Shown piece by piece: positions 50,389 through 52,579 of a DNA stretch of 52,579 nucleotides; position 1 is the stretch's first letter; each line of letters opens with the position of its first letter. Where the stretch lies: IMG/VR virus record IMGVR_UViG_2684622554_000006; one strand, 5' to 3'. A model generated the notes under the pieces. That model was given only the letters and a program-made list of their open reading frames with translations, made no database searches and was not told the origin of the DNA. Made by a program: the position numbers and the translations under genes. The stretch is from a virus (taxonomy: Duplodnaviria > Heunggongvirae > Uroviricota > Caudoviricetes).

Positions 50389-50649
50389 ATGTTCCGTTGT
50401 CCGCTTTGTGGCGCATCTGCCCGTATCCGCACCAGTCGTCCGGAAAATGATTCAAACACCGTGCGGCAAAAGTATTACCAGTGTAACAATCTGGAATGCG
50501 GCGTATGCTTCTCAACACTGGAAGCTTTCCATAAATTCACATCAAAACACGCCTCCGGCGTTCACTCTTCAGAAGGTATCCCGTGGCATGATCTGCCAGC
50601 TTCACACAGGGGAAACAATCAGATGAGTTTGCCTTTATCTCAGAATTAA
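50389..50649 (+). CDS. ogr: Ogr/Delta-family zinc-finger late-gene transcription activator
   Basis: MFRCPLCGASARIRTSR...YYQCNNLECGVCFSTLE shows the Cys4 C-x2-C...C-x4-C arrangement and N-terminus of Ogr; AAGGGAGG RBS. Confidence 0.85.
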   Translation: MFRCPLCGASARIRTSRPENDSNTVRQKYYQCNNLECGVCFSTLEAFHKFTSKHASGVHSSEGIPWHDLPASHRGNNQMSLPLSQN

Positions 50650-50737
50650 CAGGCAGAATTGCCGGAGTAACAAAAAAGCGATAGATTACGTGCGGGTGCC
50701 TTTCGGCTGATGGTCGGAGGGAATACCCGAAGGCCAG

Positions 50738-50923
50738 ATGTGGAAAGGCCCCGAGTCAACTTTAACGTTAACCCGAGGCCCTAACCATCTACCCTCAGCA
50801 AGTGATAGGTTAGCGCCTCCCCGAAAAAGGAGCAAGCGCTATGTCGCAAAAATCGCTTACGGCCATCACATTCTGCGTGACGGCAATCCTCATCATCTGG
50901 ATGCTGCACGGTTCGCTGTGTGA
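50738..50923 (+). CDS. Mok-like overlapping reading frame of the hok-type toxin locus
   Basis: 61-aa ORF starting upstream of the hok-like ORF and overlapping it in another frame, as in hok/mok/sok loci. Confidence 0.4.
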   Translation: MWKGPESTLTLTRGPNHLPSASDRLAPPRKRSKRYVAKIAYGHHILRDGNPHHLDAARFAV

Positions 50924-50981
50924 AATACGGATGAGTTTCTGGGGAGCGGAGTTTGCGGCGTTCTTACAGTGTAAGCAGTAA
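50841..50981 (+). CDS. hok: Hok/Gef-family type I toxin (46 aa)
   Basis: MSQKSLTAITFCVTAILIIWMLHGSLCEIRMSFWGAEFAAFLQCKQ: N-terminal TM helix plus SLCEIR and E-x-AAF motifs shared with Hok/Gef/RelF; AGGAG RBS 8 nt upstream. Below the ORF-track cutoff; found by reading the sequence. Confidence 0.7.
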   Translation: MSQKSLTAITFCVTAILIIWMLHGSLCEIRMSFWGAEFAAFLQCKQ

Positions 50982-51075
50982 GGAAACCGCGACGGGGAAG
51001 GCAACTTCCCCGTCAATCGGTTGCCAGGGTAAAGGTCGAAAAGGCACCCTATTTCCAGTTGACGTGAACAACAAG

Positions 51076-51107
51076 CCCGCAGCGTAAAAACTGCGGGTTT
51101 TCTTTTT
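51076..51107 (+). terminator. Rho-independent terminator (CCCGCAG-loop-CTGCGGG + TTTTCTTTTT)
   Basis: Read directly downstream of the hok-like ORF. Confidence 0.6.
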
Positions 51108-51140
51108 GGTTCCCTCACTCATGAGGACACCAAAAAACAA

Positions 51141-51171
51141 AGCCCACAGCATAGAAGCTGTGGGCTTTTTG
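51141..51171. terminator. Rho-independent terminator (AGCCCACAGC-ATAGAA-GCTGTGGGCT + TTTTT), possibly bidirectional (A-run upstream)
   Basis: Perfect 10-bp stem read directly. Confidence 0.6.
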
Positions 51172-51245
51172 CATTCAAAGATGGACGTTATATGGACACT
51201 TAAAAATAAAATCCATTTATTTTCAAATGATTAAACCTCTACTTA

Positions 51246-51266
51246 AAGCGCCCGCAGGCGCTTTTT
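51246..51266. terminator. Hairpin AAGCGCC-CGCA-GGCGCTT + TTT, 20 nt beyond the serS stop
   Basis: Stem-loop with T-run on the plus strand; on the minus strand it lies directly 3' of serS. Confidence 0.45.
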
Positions 51267-51286
51267 AGATTCAGAAAAATTGGGTA

Positions 51287-52579
<1,293 letters not shown>

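Noticed and set aside
50650-51286. tRNA gene or integrase-type att core at the prophage right end
   Set aside because: No cloverleaf-compatible sequence was recognisable by eye and P2-family phages do not usually use tRNA sites; attR cannot be located without attL, which lies outside the window.

Overview
The window is an E. coli-like chromosomal region (complete serS at 51287-52579, minus strand) occupied almost entirely by an integrated P2-family prophage running from the integrase (1-1008) to the late activator ogr (50389-50649). Recognisable modules, in order: integrase / C-type repressor / cox-like switch; a run of small early genes; the HUH rolling-circle replication protein A; a ParM/ParR actin-type partition pair; a sharply AT-rich two-gene membrane-protein cassette with no recognisable homology; portal-terminase-scaffold-capsid genes (Q P O N M L); X, holin, an M15-peptidase endolysin and spanins; a DUF1737-SGNH/SASA esterase (NanS-p-like); tail completion, baseplate and tail-fibre genes (R S V W J I H G); a Gin/Pin-type invertible tail-fibre segment with its invertase; the U-T-E-FII-FI tail block on the minus strand; then D and ogr. 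Downstream lie a Hok/Mok-like type I toxin locus and three terminator hairpins before serS. The best candidate for an undescribed system is the AT-rich membrane cassette at 10345-11724, which sits in the position where P2 carries old/tin. A major caveat is that about 12.8 kb (endolysin 3' half through the tape-measure C-terminal part) is present twice in tandem (about 19905-32691 and 32692-45416). The copies differ almost only by 1-bp homopolymer indels, and similar indels break several single-copy genes, so many apparent frameshifts and the duplication itself may be sequencing or assembly artefacts. No tRNA, rRNA, CRISPR array or IS element was found. All protein assignments rest on by-eye motif and synteny recognition, not on database searches.
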